From the NCBI GenBank assembly GCA_963842945.1, contig CAWJIM010000021.1:256001-320000 (forward strand): DNA of 64,000 nt, written 5' to 3'. This document shows, piece after piece, positions 10,952-20,630 of the stretch (positions within the stretch are counted from its first letter, which is position 1; every line of letters starts with the position of its first letter). The notes under the pieces were generated by a model. That model was given only the letters and a program-made list of their open reading frames with translations. It did not search any database and was not told where the DNA came from. The position numbers were made by a program, and so were the translations under genes. This DNA comes from an uncultured Gemmatimonadales bacterium (GTDB lineage Bacteria; Gemmatimonadota; Gemmatimonadetes; Gemmatimonadales; GWC2-71-9).

Positions 10952-11036
10952 GTACAGCCCACCCTACAACACACAACGGCCCACCGATGCCCGGTACAGG
11001 CGAGCGGCGGGCCAGAGTTCAATCGGTCCATCGCCA

Positions 11037-11065
11037 AGACTAGCAGTCGGTTGCGTTTTAATCAA
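11037..11065 (-). promoter_or_regulatory. Putative sigma70 promoter of guaB
   Basis: Minus strand TTGATT-17 bp-TAGTCT, about 85 nt upstream of the ATG. Confidence 0.55.
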
Positions 11066-11099
11066 GCTCGGCGCTGGGGATGAATAACAGTGACGACCA

Positions 11100-11921
11100 T
11101 CAGGTCCGGCGGGCCACCGCGAGCAGGTGCGCACTCACGCCCAGGAGTGCCGGCTCCATCTCCAGCGCGGCGACTGCGTCGAGCAGGACTTGACGGCGCC
11201 GCTCCCGGGCAAGCCGCGCGTCGAGATCCGGCAGGAGCCAGCCGATGCCTTCCACTGCACAGGTGGCCGTGTGCTCCAGCCCGGCCGCTGCGCACTCAGC
11301 GGTCAACTCCTCGGGCCGGTGGAAGTATGCGGTAGTGAAGAATGCCGGATTACCGGTCGGGTTCCGATGTCGGCCGTCCAGCCGGTCTCCCGCAGCGATG
11401 GCCGCGAACGCCGGGTCCTCCAAGTAGTCGCCCCGGAGACCATCCAGAGTGGAGGCAAAGCGCGAAATGCCTGCGGCAACAATCACCCCACCCGGGCGGC
11501 ACACCCGGCGGGCTTCGCCCAGCGCCTGGATCCGGTCGGCTCGCTCGGATAGATGATAGAGAGGACCGAGCAGGAGGATCGCATCCATGCTCGCGTCCGG
11601 GAACGGGAGCCAACGGGCGTCTCCCACCTGGACGCTGGCGAGTACCGCCGAGGAGCTGCTGCGCGAGGCAGTGCGCGCCTGCTCGATGTGGAGTGGTACC
11701 GGATCCACCAGATGCACCCGGTATCCTCGGCCGGCGAGCCAGAACGCGTATCGGCCCGGCCCGCCGCCGACGTCCGCCAGCACGGCGGGAGCAGCCGGAA
11801 GGTATCGCTGGAGCAGCTGCTGAGTCCGTAGCAGCTCGAGCGCGCCCTGCCCTGCCGAGAGCCGATCGAGCTCTAAGCCCCGGGCATAAAAGGCCGCGAT
11901 CTCGCCCTTCTCATCGCCCAT
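11100..11921 (-). CDS. Class I SAM-dependent methyltransferase
   Basis: DVGGGPGRYA, GDAR.LP, LLLGPLYHL motifs. Confidence 0.88.
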   Translation of the reverse strand: MGDEKGEIAAFYARGLELDRLSAGQGALELLRTQQLLQRYLPAAPAVLADVGGGPGRYAFWLAGRGYRVHLVDPVPLHIEQARTASRSSSSAVLASVQVGDARWLPFPDASMDAILLLGPLYHLSERADRIQALGEARRVCRPGGVIVAAGISRFASTLDGLRGDYLEDPAFAAIAAGDRLDGRHRNPTGNPAFFTTAYFHRPEELTAECAAAGLEHTATCAVEGIGWLLPDLDARLARERRRQVLLDAVAALEMEPALLGVSAHLLAVARRT

Positions 11922-11997
11922 CAGCTCCTCACGACGCGCAACCGCGTCTTCAGCGGAGACTGGTCCGCTCCCGGGGTTGCTCAGTACGCCGACTCGG

Positions 11998-13182
11998 TTA
12001 CCAATTGACCGTTTTCTTCAGCCGGTAAGTCTCCGCGAAGAAGGCGGCCAGTTTGTCGTGGGCTTTCCGCACGGTAGCCTCGCGGTTCTGGCCTGATTCC
12101 CTGACAAACAGCATGGTACGAACATGGGTGATCTTCACGCTGAACCCGCCGGTGGGGTCCTGGGTGACCTCAATCTTGAGCTCCCCATCCGGCAGCCGGT
12201 GGGCGCGCCTCCGCTCCTTCGCGATGATGAGGCCCTTTTTACTCTTTCCCGGCCGCCGCAGCACCAGGTACAGCATGGGGACATACACCGTGCAGAGCGA
12301 CACCGGCCAGCCGGTCGACGCCCATTCGGCCATGCCCTGGGCCAGTTGCATCTGGTTGGACGCGATCACAGCCATCCAGGTGCCCACCACGTAGACCGCC
12401 ATCTCCAGGCGGTTGGCGGGTATGAGCGCCAGCGCCACCAGCTCGTAGGGCAGGGTGGTCTGGGGGATGAACGCCATACCCAGCAGGAGCCGGGCTTCCG
12501 GCGAACGCCATTTAATGGCGGCGAGTAACAGCAGGAAACCCATTGGCCGCAGGATCGGCGGCGCGAGAAAGGCGTTGTCGGACGGTAGTGCCAGCCACCA
12601 CTCTCGAGGCCATGACGGCTGAATCGCCAGGCTCAGGGCGAAGAAGAGGATGGCTCCTAGAACGGCCAGCCAGGAGGGCCGGGTAATCCAGAGGGCGGCC
12701 GAGATATTGGGCCGCACAGCCAGAAGAAAGCCGAGAGCCGGCAACAGAATCGCCGCTACCATCAGAGGCGTGGTCTGACTGCTGGCCATGGCGAACAGGT
12801 AGGCACCCGACACCAGAGCGAGCAGGCCGTTGGGGCCGCGAAGCTTCCACAGGGCGAAGGCGAATGCCCAGCCAACCAGCACGTCGAAAAGGGGCCGCGC
12901 CACGGCCAGGGGCAGGAAGCTGAACGGGACCGCGAGAAGGACCGCGGGCAGCGGGTAGGGAAAAGCCTGGGCCGCCGTGGGGTATGCGCTTTCGCCTCGA
13001 ACGAGGCTTGCCGCCGCCTGATAGAGCAGATCGAAGTCGCTGGACTGGCCGGGAAGCCAGGCGTACAGCAGCAACCGGCAGGCGAGGACCAGAAGGAGGG
13101 CAAGGAAGAGGACCACCAGCGCGGGGCTGATTCTGGCGGATTTGGCCGGCATCCGTTTGCCTATCACGGCTACATCGCTCAT
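11998..13182 (-). CDS. GT87/DUF2029-like polytopic membrane protein with soluble C-terminal extension
   Basis: DFDLLYQAA..L..G..AY...FPYPLPAVLL..PF..LP matches the GT87 N-terminal pattern; many TM helices; basic soluble tail of about 85 aa. Confidence 0.55.
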   Translation of the reverse strand: MSDVAVIGKRMPAKSARISPALVVLFLALLLVLACRLLLYAWLPGQSSDFDLLYQAAASLVRGESAYPTAAQAFPYPLPAVLLAVPFSFLPLAVARPLFDVLVGWAFAFALWKLRGPNGLLALVSGAYLFAMASSQTTPLMVAAILLPALGFLLAVRPNISAALWITRPSWLAVLGAILFFALSLAIQPSWPREWWLALPSDNAFLAPPILRPMGFLLLLAAIKWRSPEARLLLGMAFIPQTTLPYELVALALIPANRLEMAVYVVGTWMAVIASNQMQLAQGMAEWASTGWPVSLCTVYVPMLYLVLRRPGKSKKGLIIAKERRRAHRLPDGELKIEVTQDPTGGFSVKITHVRTMLFVRESGQNREATVRKAHDKLAAFFAETYRLKKTVNW

Positions 13183-13296
13183 CCCAGAGGCTCCCTGTAG
13201 AGAGCTAGGACTCCCGCCCTAGACCCCGTCCACGTTACAGAAGTCGACCCCTAAGTTTCCGCACAAACCTCCATTTCCTTTAGCCCGGAGCTCCGG

Positions 13297-13638
13297 TTAC
13301 CGAAGCTTGCCGATCTGCTCGGCCAGGTCACGGGCAATCATCTGGAGCTCGACATGCTCCGGGTGGAGCGTCCCTCGGCCCGGGGCCGTGACACTGGCGC
13401 GAACCGCTTTGATACCTTCGATGGCGCGGCGCAGCTTCAGCCGCTCGACCCGCACCGGTGCCTGGGCTCCCTGTCCAGCGGAAAGGACGGCCCACATGTT
13501 GGTGCGCAGGGTATCGACCGAGCGCTTGAGGTCTTCCAGGCCCTCAGGAAGCACGGGTGCGCGGGTCAGGCGGGCATCGACCTCGTCCAGCAGCTTGCGA
13601 AGGCTGACCAGTTGTTGCGGGAGCGGCTCGTTTTCCAT
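13297..13638 (-). CDS. Hypothetical helical protein
   Basis: 113-aa ORF with typical codon usage, amphipathic helices, co-oriented with neighbours. Confidence 0.65.
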   Translation of the reverse strand: MENEPLPQQLVSLRKLLDEVDARLTRAPVLPEGLEDLKRSVDTLRTNMWAVLSAGQGAQAPVRVERLKLRRAIEGIKAVRASVTAPGRGTLHPEHVELQMIARDLAEQIGKLR

Positions 13639-13679
13639 TCCGGACTTTCAGTTGAAGTACCGGCAGCTGCAGCCGAAGG

Positions 13680-15167
13680 TCAGGCCACCCGATTTCTCCG
13701 CCAAACCAGGTACACTGGAATTCCCAGAGCCACAATCAGCAGACCCAGAGCGGAGAACTTCCGCTGTTGGGGGTCGGCCAGCAGTACCACAAGCAGAAAC
13801 GCGTTGGCTGCCATGTACAGCGCCGGAAGCACCGGATACCCGAACGCCCGCACCGGCCGGGGAAGATCGGGCCGAACTCGGCGGAGCCGGAAGAGGGAGA
13901 AGGTGGTGAGGAAGTAAAAGATGATGGTAGCGAAGATCACGTAGTTGAGCAGCTCGCTGTACGTGCCGCTGATGCAGAGCACCGAGGTCCAGATCCCCTG
14001 CGCTACCAGGCCGAACACCGGAGTACGATAGGTCGGGTGCAGCTTGCCGGCCTGCTGAAAAAAGAGATTGTCCCGGGCCATGGCGTAGTACACTCGGGGC
14101 CCGGCCAGAATCAGCCCGTTATTGCAGCCAAAGGTGGACAGCAAAATCGCGATCGCCATGATGGTGGCCGCTCCCGCCCCGAGCGCTACTTCAATGGCCG
14201 CCGTGCCCACCCGATCCTGCGCCGCGTACTGAATGCCTCGCGCCACCACGTCGCCGCCCTGAGGATCCCCATAGAAGGGGAGAACGTTGAGGTAGGCCAC
14301 GTTGGCCAGCACGTACAGGGTACACACGAGGCCGGTTCCCAGCGCGAGCGCCCGGGGCAGGTTCTTGGTCGGCTCCCGCACCTCGGCCGCCGCAAAGGTG
14401 ACGTTGTTCCAGGCGTCGGCAGAGAAGAGGGACCCAACCATCGCGGCGCCGATCACCGGAAACACGACCAGCCCCCAGTTCCCGGTGCCCCAGAAGCTGG
14501 AAAAATTGGCTGCCGCCACATCGGGCTGACGAAAGAGGGTGAGGCCCAGCAGCACGAGCACCGCCAGTGCACCGATCTTGGCCACGCTGAACACCGTCTG
14601 CACTGCGGCACCCAGCTTCACCCCGCGAATGTTCAGCAGCGTCAGCACCACGATCAGCAGGATTGCCACGATTCGTTGATAGGAAAGACCCAGTTCCACC
14701 GGTGTCGCCGTACCCGGCAGGTGCAGCTTCCCCAGCGAGAGAAACACATCAGGGGTGACGCCAGGTAAGAGCACGCCCAGGAACTTGCCGAACGCCACCG
14801 CCACCGCCGCGATGGTGCCGGTCTGAATCACGGTGAACAGGGTCCATCCGTAGAGAAACCCGGCCGCAGGCGAGAGCCCCTCCCGGAGAAACACATACTG
14901 TCCGCCCGCCCGCGGCATCATGGCCGCCAGCTCCGCATAAGCCAGGGCGCCGGTTACCGTCATGGCGCCGGTAATGATCCAGACCAGGAGCAGCGCGCCC
15001 GGCCCCCACTGGGAGACCTGCCGGCTGATGTCCGCCGAGACGATGAAGATGCCCGACCCAATCATCGAGCCTACCACCAGGGAGATGGCGGCAAGCGGGC
15101 CGATGCCCCGGATAAACTCCGATGGCGCGGAGGTTTGAGGAGGAGGAGCCTTTGCCGGTGCAGCCAT
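13680..15167 (-). CDS. APC-family amino acid permease (LAT/SteT-like)
   Basis: GSMIGSGIF, AGGQYVFL, DAWNN, GPRVYYAMARD motifs. Confidence 0.92.
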   Translation of the reverse strand: MAAPAKAPPPQTSAPSEFIRGIGPLAAISLVVGSMIGSGIFIVSADISRQVSQWGPGALLLVWIITGAMTVTGALAYAELAAMMPRAGGQYVFLREGLSPAAGFLYGWTLFTVIQTGTIAAVAVAFGKFLGVLLPGVTPDVFLSLGKLHLPGTATPVELGLSYQRIVAILLIVVLTLLNIRGVKLGAAVQTVFSVAKIGALAVLVLLGLTLFRQPDVAAANFSSFWGTGNWGLVVFPVIGAAMVGSLFSADAWNNVTFAAAEVREPTKNLPRALALGTGLVCTLYVLANVAYLNVLPFYGDPQGGDVVARGIQYAAQDRVGTAAIEVALGAGAATIMAIAILLSTFGCNNGLILAGPRVYYAMARDNLFFQQAGKLHPTYRTPVFGLVAQGIWTSVLCISGTYSELLNYVIFATIIFYFLTTFSLFRLRRVRPDLPRPVRAFGYPVLPALYMAANAFLLVVLLADPQQRKFSALGLLIVALGIPVYLVWRRNRVA

Positions 15168-15193
15168 AGGTTGCGTGGGTTAGGGCTGGTTGC

Positions 15194-15559
15194 TCAGGGG
15201 CCGTTCTCTGCGTCCGGCCGGGTCAGATCGGTCCGGGCGGGAGCCTCGGGCTCTACTCTATTCTCGGCGGCCTTTACCGCTTCCTCCACCACCGCCTGCC
15301 CCGCCGCAGCGAGTCCCTTCATGACTTTGGCGGCGCTGTCCATCAAGCTCATCGTGCCGGTGATCGCCTGAACCGGGAGCTTGCCGGCCCGCATCGTGTT
15401 TTCCACCGTCGCAGTGATCTTGGACAGGATGCCGTCCGGCTCCGACCGTGCGGCGTACTTGCTGCTGATGAATTCGGCGTAGTCGAGTACCTGGTACGCC
15501 TTCTCATCGTCCAGGGACTCCAGGAGCTTGGTGATTCGCTGGCGAAGGAGATCGTTCAT
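15194..15559 (-). CDS. Hypothetical protein (DUF2281-like N-terminus)
   Basis: LESLDDEKAYQVLDYAEFI..KY pattern followed by an amphipathic region. Confidence 0.6.
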   Translation of the reverse strand: MNDLLRQRITKLLESLDDEKAYQVLDYAEFISSKYAARSEPDGILSKITATVENTMRAGKLPVQAITGTMSLMDSAAKVMKGLAAAGQAVVEEAVKAAENRVEPEAPARTDLTRPDAENGP

Positions 15560-15687
15560 GAGAGTCGAGAGTCACGAGTCGCGAGAGGGAACGAGGGAAA
15601 CCCTGTATGCCCTCGGTGGATGGACCAGGAGGCTTGTAATCTAACAAGTCTTCGGGACTCGCTACTCGGACTCGGGACTCGGGTCTC
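15560..15687. repeat. Palindromic heptamer tandem-repeat element (GAGTCNN ... NNGACTC)
   Basis: Left arm gagagtcgagagtcacgagtcgcgag; right arm gggactcgctactcggactcgggactcgggtctc; it spans the whole intergenic gap. Confidence 0.8.
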
Positions 15688-16750
15688 AATCACCAACCCG
15701 CCCCACATACTCCACCACCGGTGTGGTCAGATACTTGGTCCGCGCTGCCTTGACGATCACCCGCAGGGTGAGCTCCTGCAGCGCCGGCAGCGTCCCGAAC
15801 TCGCCTGCCTGACTCGGAGTCACCGTGACATACACGAACCCCGGCTCCGGCAGCGGCCCTCTGGTGAGCAGGTAGTTTTGCCCCTTCCTCATCTCGGTCC
15901 GCAGCTCGTCGGCGGTCTGCACCGAAATGAGCTGCAGCCGCCATTCCAACATCTTTCCGACGTACCGGGGCGGATCGGATCGGACATCGGCTGCGGTGAT
16001 GCCGGTGAGCGCGCCCCCCGCTGCTTCTTCGAGATCGGCCTCACGCACCCAGCCCTCGACCCGGACCCGGACCCACTCGCCGGAACGTCCCATCACCCGG
16101 GCCGGGGCACCGGTCTGCAGCCGGGCATAAGGTCCGCCCTGCGGTGTTGCATATAAAGGAGTCTCCCGCGAGACCGCGGCCCGATCAGAATCGGCCGCCG
16201 TGGAGCTCGTGGCTGATGCGGTTGAGGAAGCAGCAGGGGCTGGGCTCTGGGCCACGGAAGGGGTGTCCGCCGGCGCGGCAGAGTCCTCGGCGGCACGGCT
16301 GGGGGCAGAGCTGCTGACTGCAGTCCGGGGAACCCAACCGGCTCGGCTCACGTGGGTCCAGGTGCCCTGAGTCTCCCGTTTGCGAAACAGGGCACCGTTT
16401 CGAGCCCGGCCGATTACCTGGCCATTGGGCGACTCCCGGATGTTCTCTCCGCCGCTTGCGGTCACGACCAGATCGAACCCGTCACGATTGGTCGGGGCCA
16501 TGGAGCTGGTGAAAATCCAGCCGTCTACTTCGACCTCGTGCCAATCGCCACGGGCCTCCCCAGCTTCCACTTCGGTGCCGGCAGGCAGCGAAACCAGCGG
16601 GGTGCCGTCCGGCTCCTTCCGGAGCCGGGTGTCACTGGAAATTTCGCTTTGATCTTGAGCCTGAAGCGGGAGTGCCAGCACCAATGAAACCGCGGTTACG
16701 CAGGCTGGTAGCCAACGCAGGGCCGGACTAGATTGCGGCGCGTAAATCAC
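15686..16750 (-). CDS. Secreted multi-SH3b domain protein
   Basis: Signal peptide; three SH3b-like repeats ending W..V...GW; Ser/Ala linker; possible OB-like C-terminus. Confidence 0.75.
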   Translation of the reverse strand: MIYAPQSSPALRWLPACVTAVSLVLALPLQAQDQSEISSDTRLRKEPDGTPLVSLPAGTEVEAGEARGDWHEVEVDGWIFTSSMAPTNRDGFDLVVTASGGENIRESPNGQVIGRARNGALFRKRETQGTWTHVSRAGWVPRTAVSSSAPSRAAEDSAAPADTPSVAQSPAPAASSTASATSSTAADSDRAAVSRETPLYATPQGGPYARLQTGAPARVMGRSGEWVRVRVEGWVREADLEEAAGGALTGITAADVRSDPPRYVGKMLEWRLQLISVQTADELRTEMRKGQNYLLTRGPLPEPGFVYVTVTPSQAGEFGTLPALQELTLRVIVKAARTKYLTTPVVEYVGRVGD

Positions 16751-16780
16751 AGTGGCGCATTGTAGAACACGCGGAGACTC

Positions 16781-18331
16781 ATGTCAAACGGAAGCGCTCC
16801 ACGGGTAGTCCTCGTTGTGCTGGATGGTTGGGGCTACCGGACGGAGCGGGAGGGCAACGCCATCGAGTTGGCCTCCACGCCCAACTGGCATCGGCTCTGG
16901 CGATCGTATCCGCGCACTCTGCTCGAGGCCAGCGGCCTGGCCGTGGGCCTGCCTGAAGGGCAAATGGGCAACAGCGAGGTGGGCCACCTGAACCTCGGCG
17001 CCGGCAGGGTGGTGCCTCAGGACCTGGTCCGCATTTCCCAGAGCATCCAGAGCGGCGAGTTCTACCAGATCGAGCCTTTGGTGGAGCTGTGCGCCACACT
17101 GCGGCACACTGGCGGCACACTTCACCTCGTCGGCCTGCTCGGTCCCGGCGGGGTGCACGCTCTCGACCGACACCTGCTGGCCTGCGTTGAGCTCGGCATT
17201 CGACACCGGGTTCAGGCCATCGCAATCCATGGCTTTCTCGACGGCCGGGACTCGGCGCCGACCCTTGGCGCGGAGGTGGTTCGCACCCTGTTGATGGACA
17301 TGCGGCGGATCGCCGGGTCCAAGGTAGACATAGCCTCACTGACTGGGCGCTACTACGGCATGGACCGGGACCGGCGGTGGGACCGCACCAAGCTGGCGTA
17401 CGACGCCATGGTACACGGCATCGGAACCCCGGTGGAGCACCCCGTGCTCGCCATTCAAGCCGCCTACCAGAAAGGCGAAACGGACGAGTTCATCCAGCCG
17501 CGGGTACATGTTCGGAACGGGGTACCCGTCGCCACCATGCGCGACGGCGACGGTGTTCTGTTCTTCAATTATCGCAGTGACCGGATGCGCCAGATCGTGG
17601 CGGCGCTGGCGGTGGACGGCTTCGAGGGCTTCCCGGTTCGGAACCGGCCCCAGCTCTCCTGCGTCACCATGACCCAGTACGATCAGACCTTTGTCATTCC
17701 TCAGGCGTTTCCGCCTTTCAGCCTGGCGCGAATCCTGGCACAGGTGCTGGCGGAGCACGGCCTCACCCAGTTTCGTACCGCCGAAACCGAGAAGTATCCT
17801 CACGTCACCTATTTCTTCAACGGCGGCTATGAGCCGCCCTATCCGGGTGAAGAGCGCTGTCTCATTCCATCGCAGCGGGTCGCCACCTACGACATGGCCC
17901 CGGAGATGAGCGCCCCGGGAATTACCGACGCGCTGTGCCGCACGATTGAGAGCGGGAGCCATGACTTCATTCTGTGTAATTACGCCAACGCCGACATGGT
18001 GGGACACACAGGCGTGCTGCCGGCGGTCGTTCAGGCGGTGGAGACGGTCGACCAGTGTCTGGGACGGGTGCTCACCAGCGCAGATAAGGCGGGAGCCAGG
18101 GTGCTGATTACGGCCGATCACGGCAACTGCGAAATGATGATCGACCCAGCCACCGGAGGAGTTCACACGGCGCATACCACCAATCCGGTTCCGCTGGTTG
18201 CGATGGGCACCGGTGCCGCGTCGCTCCGGGCCGGTGGTTCGCTGCGGGACGTGGCCCCTACCGTCCTGGGTTTGCTCGGGGTCGAGCAGCCGGGAGAGAT
18301 GACGGGGCGGGACCTGAGAGAGTGCGACTGA
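16781..18331 (+). CDS. gpmI: 2,3-bisphosphoglycerate-independent phosphoglycerate mutase
   Basis: LDGWG, GQMGNSEVGH, AETEKYPHVT, DMVGHTG, TADHGN, HTAHT. Confidence 0.98.
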   Translation: MSNGSAPRVVLVVLDGWGYRTEREGNAIELASTPNWHRLWRSYPRTLLEASGLAVGLPEGQMGNSEVGHLNLGAGRVVPQDLVRISQSIQSGEFYQIEPLVELCATLRHTGGTLHLVGLLGPGGVHALDRHLLACVELGIRHRVQAIAIHGFLDGRDSAPTLGAEVVRTLLMDMRRIAGSKVDIASLTGRYYGMDRDRRWDRTKLAYDAMVHGIGTPVEHPVLAIQAAYQKGETDEFIQPRVHVRNGVPVATMRDGDGVLFFNYRSDRMRQIVAALAVDGFEGFPVRNRPQLSCVTMTQYDQTFVIPQAFPPFSLARILAQVLAEHGLTQFRTAETEKYPHVTYFFNGGYEPPYPGEERCLIPSQRVATYDMAPEMSAPGITDALCRTIESGSHDFILCNYANADMVGHTGVLPAVVQAVETVDQCLGRVLTSADKAGARVLITADHGNCEMMIDPATGGVHTAHTTNPVPLVAMGTGAASLRAGGSLRDVAPTVLGLLGVEQPGEMTGRDLRECD

Positions 18332-19044
18332 TGCTGCGCGTGACAACCCTGGCCGTCATGGCTCTGGCACTCCACGTCACCAGCGTTGCGGGACAGGTGG
18401 GCCACGAGCCGCAGTCGTCGCCCTATCGAGACATCCGGAAGGGACACACCTTCACCGCCATCGGCGGTTATTTCGGGGGGGATGGCGGTGACTTCGGTAT
18501 CGCTCCCCACAACGGCCCGATGGTTGGCGGCCGCTATGACATCCGCACCGCGGACGCGATTCAAGTCGGACTCGGCATCGCCTACGGAAGCCTGGAGCGA
18601 TTCATCGTCAATCCGTTCGTCACCCTGGCCAATCGCCGCAGCGGACCGGTCCAACAGGATGTGATCTTTGCCGATCTGAATGTGCAGTTCAACATGACCG
18701 GCGGAAAAACCTGGCATCATATTGCACCCTTCATCGGCCTCGGCGGCGGTCTCGCTGCAGCATCCGACACTCCGGCCGATACCAGCGGATTCAGCTTTGG
18801 GTCGGAGTTCTACCTGTCGCCCAGCGTGGGCCTCCGCGTGTTCCTGGGCGACCGGCTCCACCTCCGCGGCGAAGCGCGGGCGACCTTCTGGAAGGTGGAT
18901 TATCCCACCACATTTATTCAGGAGCCGGTGGAGGAGCCGGGTACCCCGGGCAATTCCAACGCGGTGATCCCCAGTGGCAAGCTGGATGAATGGACCTCCA
19001 GCTCCTGGCTGCAGGCCGGGCTGGGGTATTCGTTCTCGCTCTGA
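18322..19044 (+). CDS. Putative outer-membrane beta-barrel protein
   Basis: Signal peptide, alternating beta-strand pattern, C-terminal GLGYSF. Confidence 0.65.
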   Translation: MRLMLRVTTLAVMALALHVTSVAGQVGHEPQSSPYRDIRKGHTFTAIGGYFGGDGGDFGIAPHNGPMVGGRYDIRTADAIQVGLGIAYGSLERFIVNPFVTLANRRSGPVQQDVIFADLNVQFNMTGGKTWHHIAPFIGLGGGLAAASDTPADTSGFSFGSEFYLSPSVGLRVFLGDRLHLRGEARATFWKVDYPTTFIQEPVEEPGTPGNSNAVIPSGKLDEWTSSSWLQAGLGYSFSL

Positions 19045-19463
19045 TGCCTGCGTCGTTGACCCGAACGGTCAACTTCAGGGCCACCCACCGGTACTTCCGG
19101 CCGGATTGGACCGAGGCCCGCAATCGCGAGGTCTTCGGGCCGCTGGCCGAGCCGCCCGGACATGGGCACGATTACCAGTGCGCCGTCACGGTCGCCGGAT
19201 CGATCAATCCCAGCGGAATGCTGGTCGACCTGGGGCTGCTCGATAGCGTTTTGAATGAAGAGGTGGTGCAGCCGTTGATGGGGAAACACTTGAATCTGGA
19301 CGTGCCCGCTTTCGCGTACGGGCAAACCCTGCCGACCTGTGAGGCGATTGCCGCCTACCTGTTTCCCCGCATCGCCGCTCGCCTGCCACGGGACGTAGTG
19401 TTGGAGCGAGTGCGCATCATGGAGGACCCCACGTTGTATGGCGACTGTACCGGACTCGACTGA
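19044..19463 (+). CDS. 6-pyruvoyl/6-carboxy-tetrahydropterin synthase (COG0720) family protein
   Basis: F.ATH, N..VFG...HGHDY, GMLVDL, HLN.DVP, PTCE; ATG overlaps the upstream TGA. Confidence 0.85.
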   Translation: MPASLTRTVNFRATHRYFRPDWTEARNREVFGPLAEPPGHGHDYQCAVTVAGSINPSGMLVDLGLLDSVLNEEVVQPLMGKHLNLDVPAFAYGQTLPTCEAIAAYLFPRIAARLPRDVVLERVRIMEDPTLYGDCTGLD

Positions 19464-20211
19464 CCTGAGTCAGCCAACCAAGCGCGGCGGACGGATGTCC
19501 GAGGATGCCGCGGTCGAAGAGGTGCCGGTGTGGCTGCAGGTGAACGGCCGTCCGGTCGTTACCTGGATGTGCACGCCCGATTTGCTGGAGGAGCTGGCGA
19601 TCGGCTGGCTTCACGGCGAAGGCTACATCGATTCCATTGACCAGGTGCACCTGCGTCCTTGCGCCACCGATCTTGGATTCTGGGCCGAAGTCCCGGAGGA
19701 GAGGCTGCTCGCCGTGCAGGGCGAAGGCCGACGGTCTGTGTTGGCATCGGGCTGTGGTGCCGTCTCCACCTTTCTGGCGGACCCTGCCACCATCGAGGCT
19801 CAGCCGGCGCGCGGCGTCGTCCCGGAAGTCGACCAGTTGCGGGCCCTGTTCAAGGCGCTGTTCGCCAAGGGCGAACGGTACAAGGACACCGGAGGCATTC
19901 ATGCCGCCGCGCTGGTTGACGCCGCCTCGCCGGAGCTGGTCGCCCACGCCGAGGACATCGGCCGCCACAACGCGGTGGACAAGTCGCTGGGAGCCGCGCT
20001 GCTGGCCCGCCGCCCCGTCCAGGGCCTGGGACTCCTGGTGACCGGACGCATTTCGGCGGAGCTGGCATTCAAGGCCGCGCGCGCCGGCCTGGCGTACGTG
20101 GCCACGCCATCGGTTCCCTCCACCCTGGCCGTCGAGATCGCCCGGAGAAGCGGCATGATTTTGGTGGGCCGGGCGGTGAGCGGTCATCCCCAGCGCCACG
20201 GAGCCCGCTGA
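19438..20211 (+). CDS. fdhD: Formate dehydrogenase accessory sulfurtransferase
   Basis: EEVP..L.VNG, M.TP..LEELA.G.L..EG, SGCG, TGGIHAAA, EDIGRHNAVDK, TGRIS.E. Confidence 0.92.
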   Translation: MATVPDSTDLSQPTKRGGRMSEDAAVEEVPVWLQVNGRPVVTWMCTPDLLEELAIGWLHGEGYIDSIDQVHLRPCATDLGFWAEVPEERLLAVQGEGRRSVLASGCGAVSTFLADPATIEAQPARGVVPEVDQLRALFKALFAKGERYKDTGGIHAAALVDAASPELVAHAEDIGRHNAVDKSLGAALLARRPVQGLGLLVTGRISAELAFKAARAGLAYVATPSVPSTLAVEIARRSGMILVGRAVSGHPQRHGAR

Positions 20212-20213
20212 GG

Positions 20214-20630
20214 GTGCCACCCGACAGGACCCGCCTGGCAGAGCTCGTCGGAAACGCACGTCGGATCGCCGTAGTCGGCCTCAGCCGAAAGCCTGACCGA
20301 CCCAGTCACGGAGTAGCCGCGTATCTGCAGCGAGCGGGCTACACTATCATCCCGGTCCACCCCGCTGGAGGCGTGACTTTGGGCGAGCCCGTGCATCCCG
20401 ATCTCCGCTCCGCCGCGGCTGCAGCGGGTCCCATCGACATCGTAAATATTTTCCGCCGGTCGGAGCACATTCCGGCCTTGCTGGAACAGCTGCTCGAGGT
20501 CAGGCCGCAGCTGGTCTGGATGCAGGTAGGCATTCGCCATCCTGAGGTTGCCCGCAAGCTGGATGAGGCAGGGATCGCGGTGGTAATGGATCGCTGTCTC
20601 GCGGTAGACCACCAATTCCTGGGGGACTGA
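20214..20630 (+). CDS. CoA-binding protein (YccU family)
   Basis: IAVVGLS.KP.RPS, IDIVNIFRRSE, WMQ.GI, VVMDRC. Confidence 0.9.
   Translation: MPPDRTRLAELVGNARRIAVVGLSRKPDRPSHGVAAYLQRAGYTIIPVHPAGGVTLGEPVHPDLRSAAAAAGPIDIVNIFRRSEHIPALLEQLLEVRPQLVWMQVGIRHPEVARKLDEAGIAVVMDRCLAVDHQFLGD

Noticed and set aside
15560..15687. CRISPR array (also considered for the other repeat loci)
   Set aside because: Units are 7-9 bp and contiguous, with no unique spacers and no cas genes.
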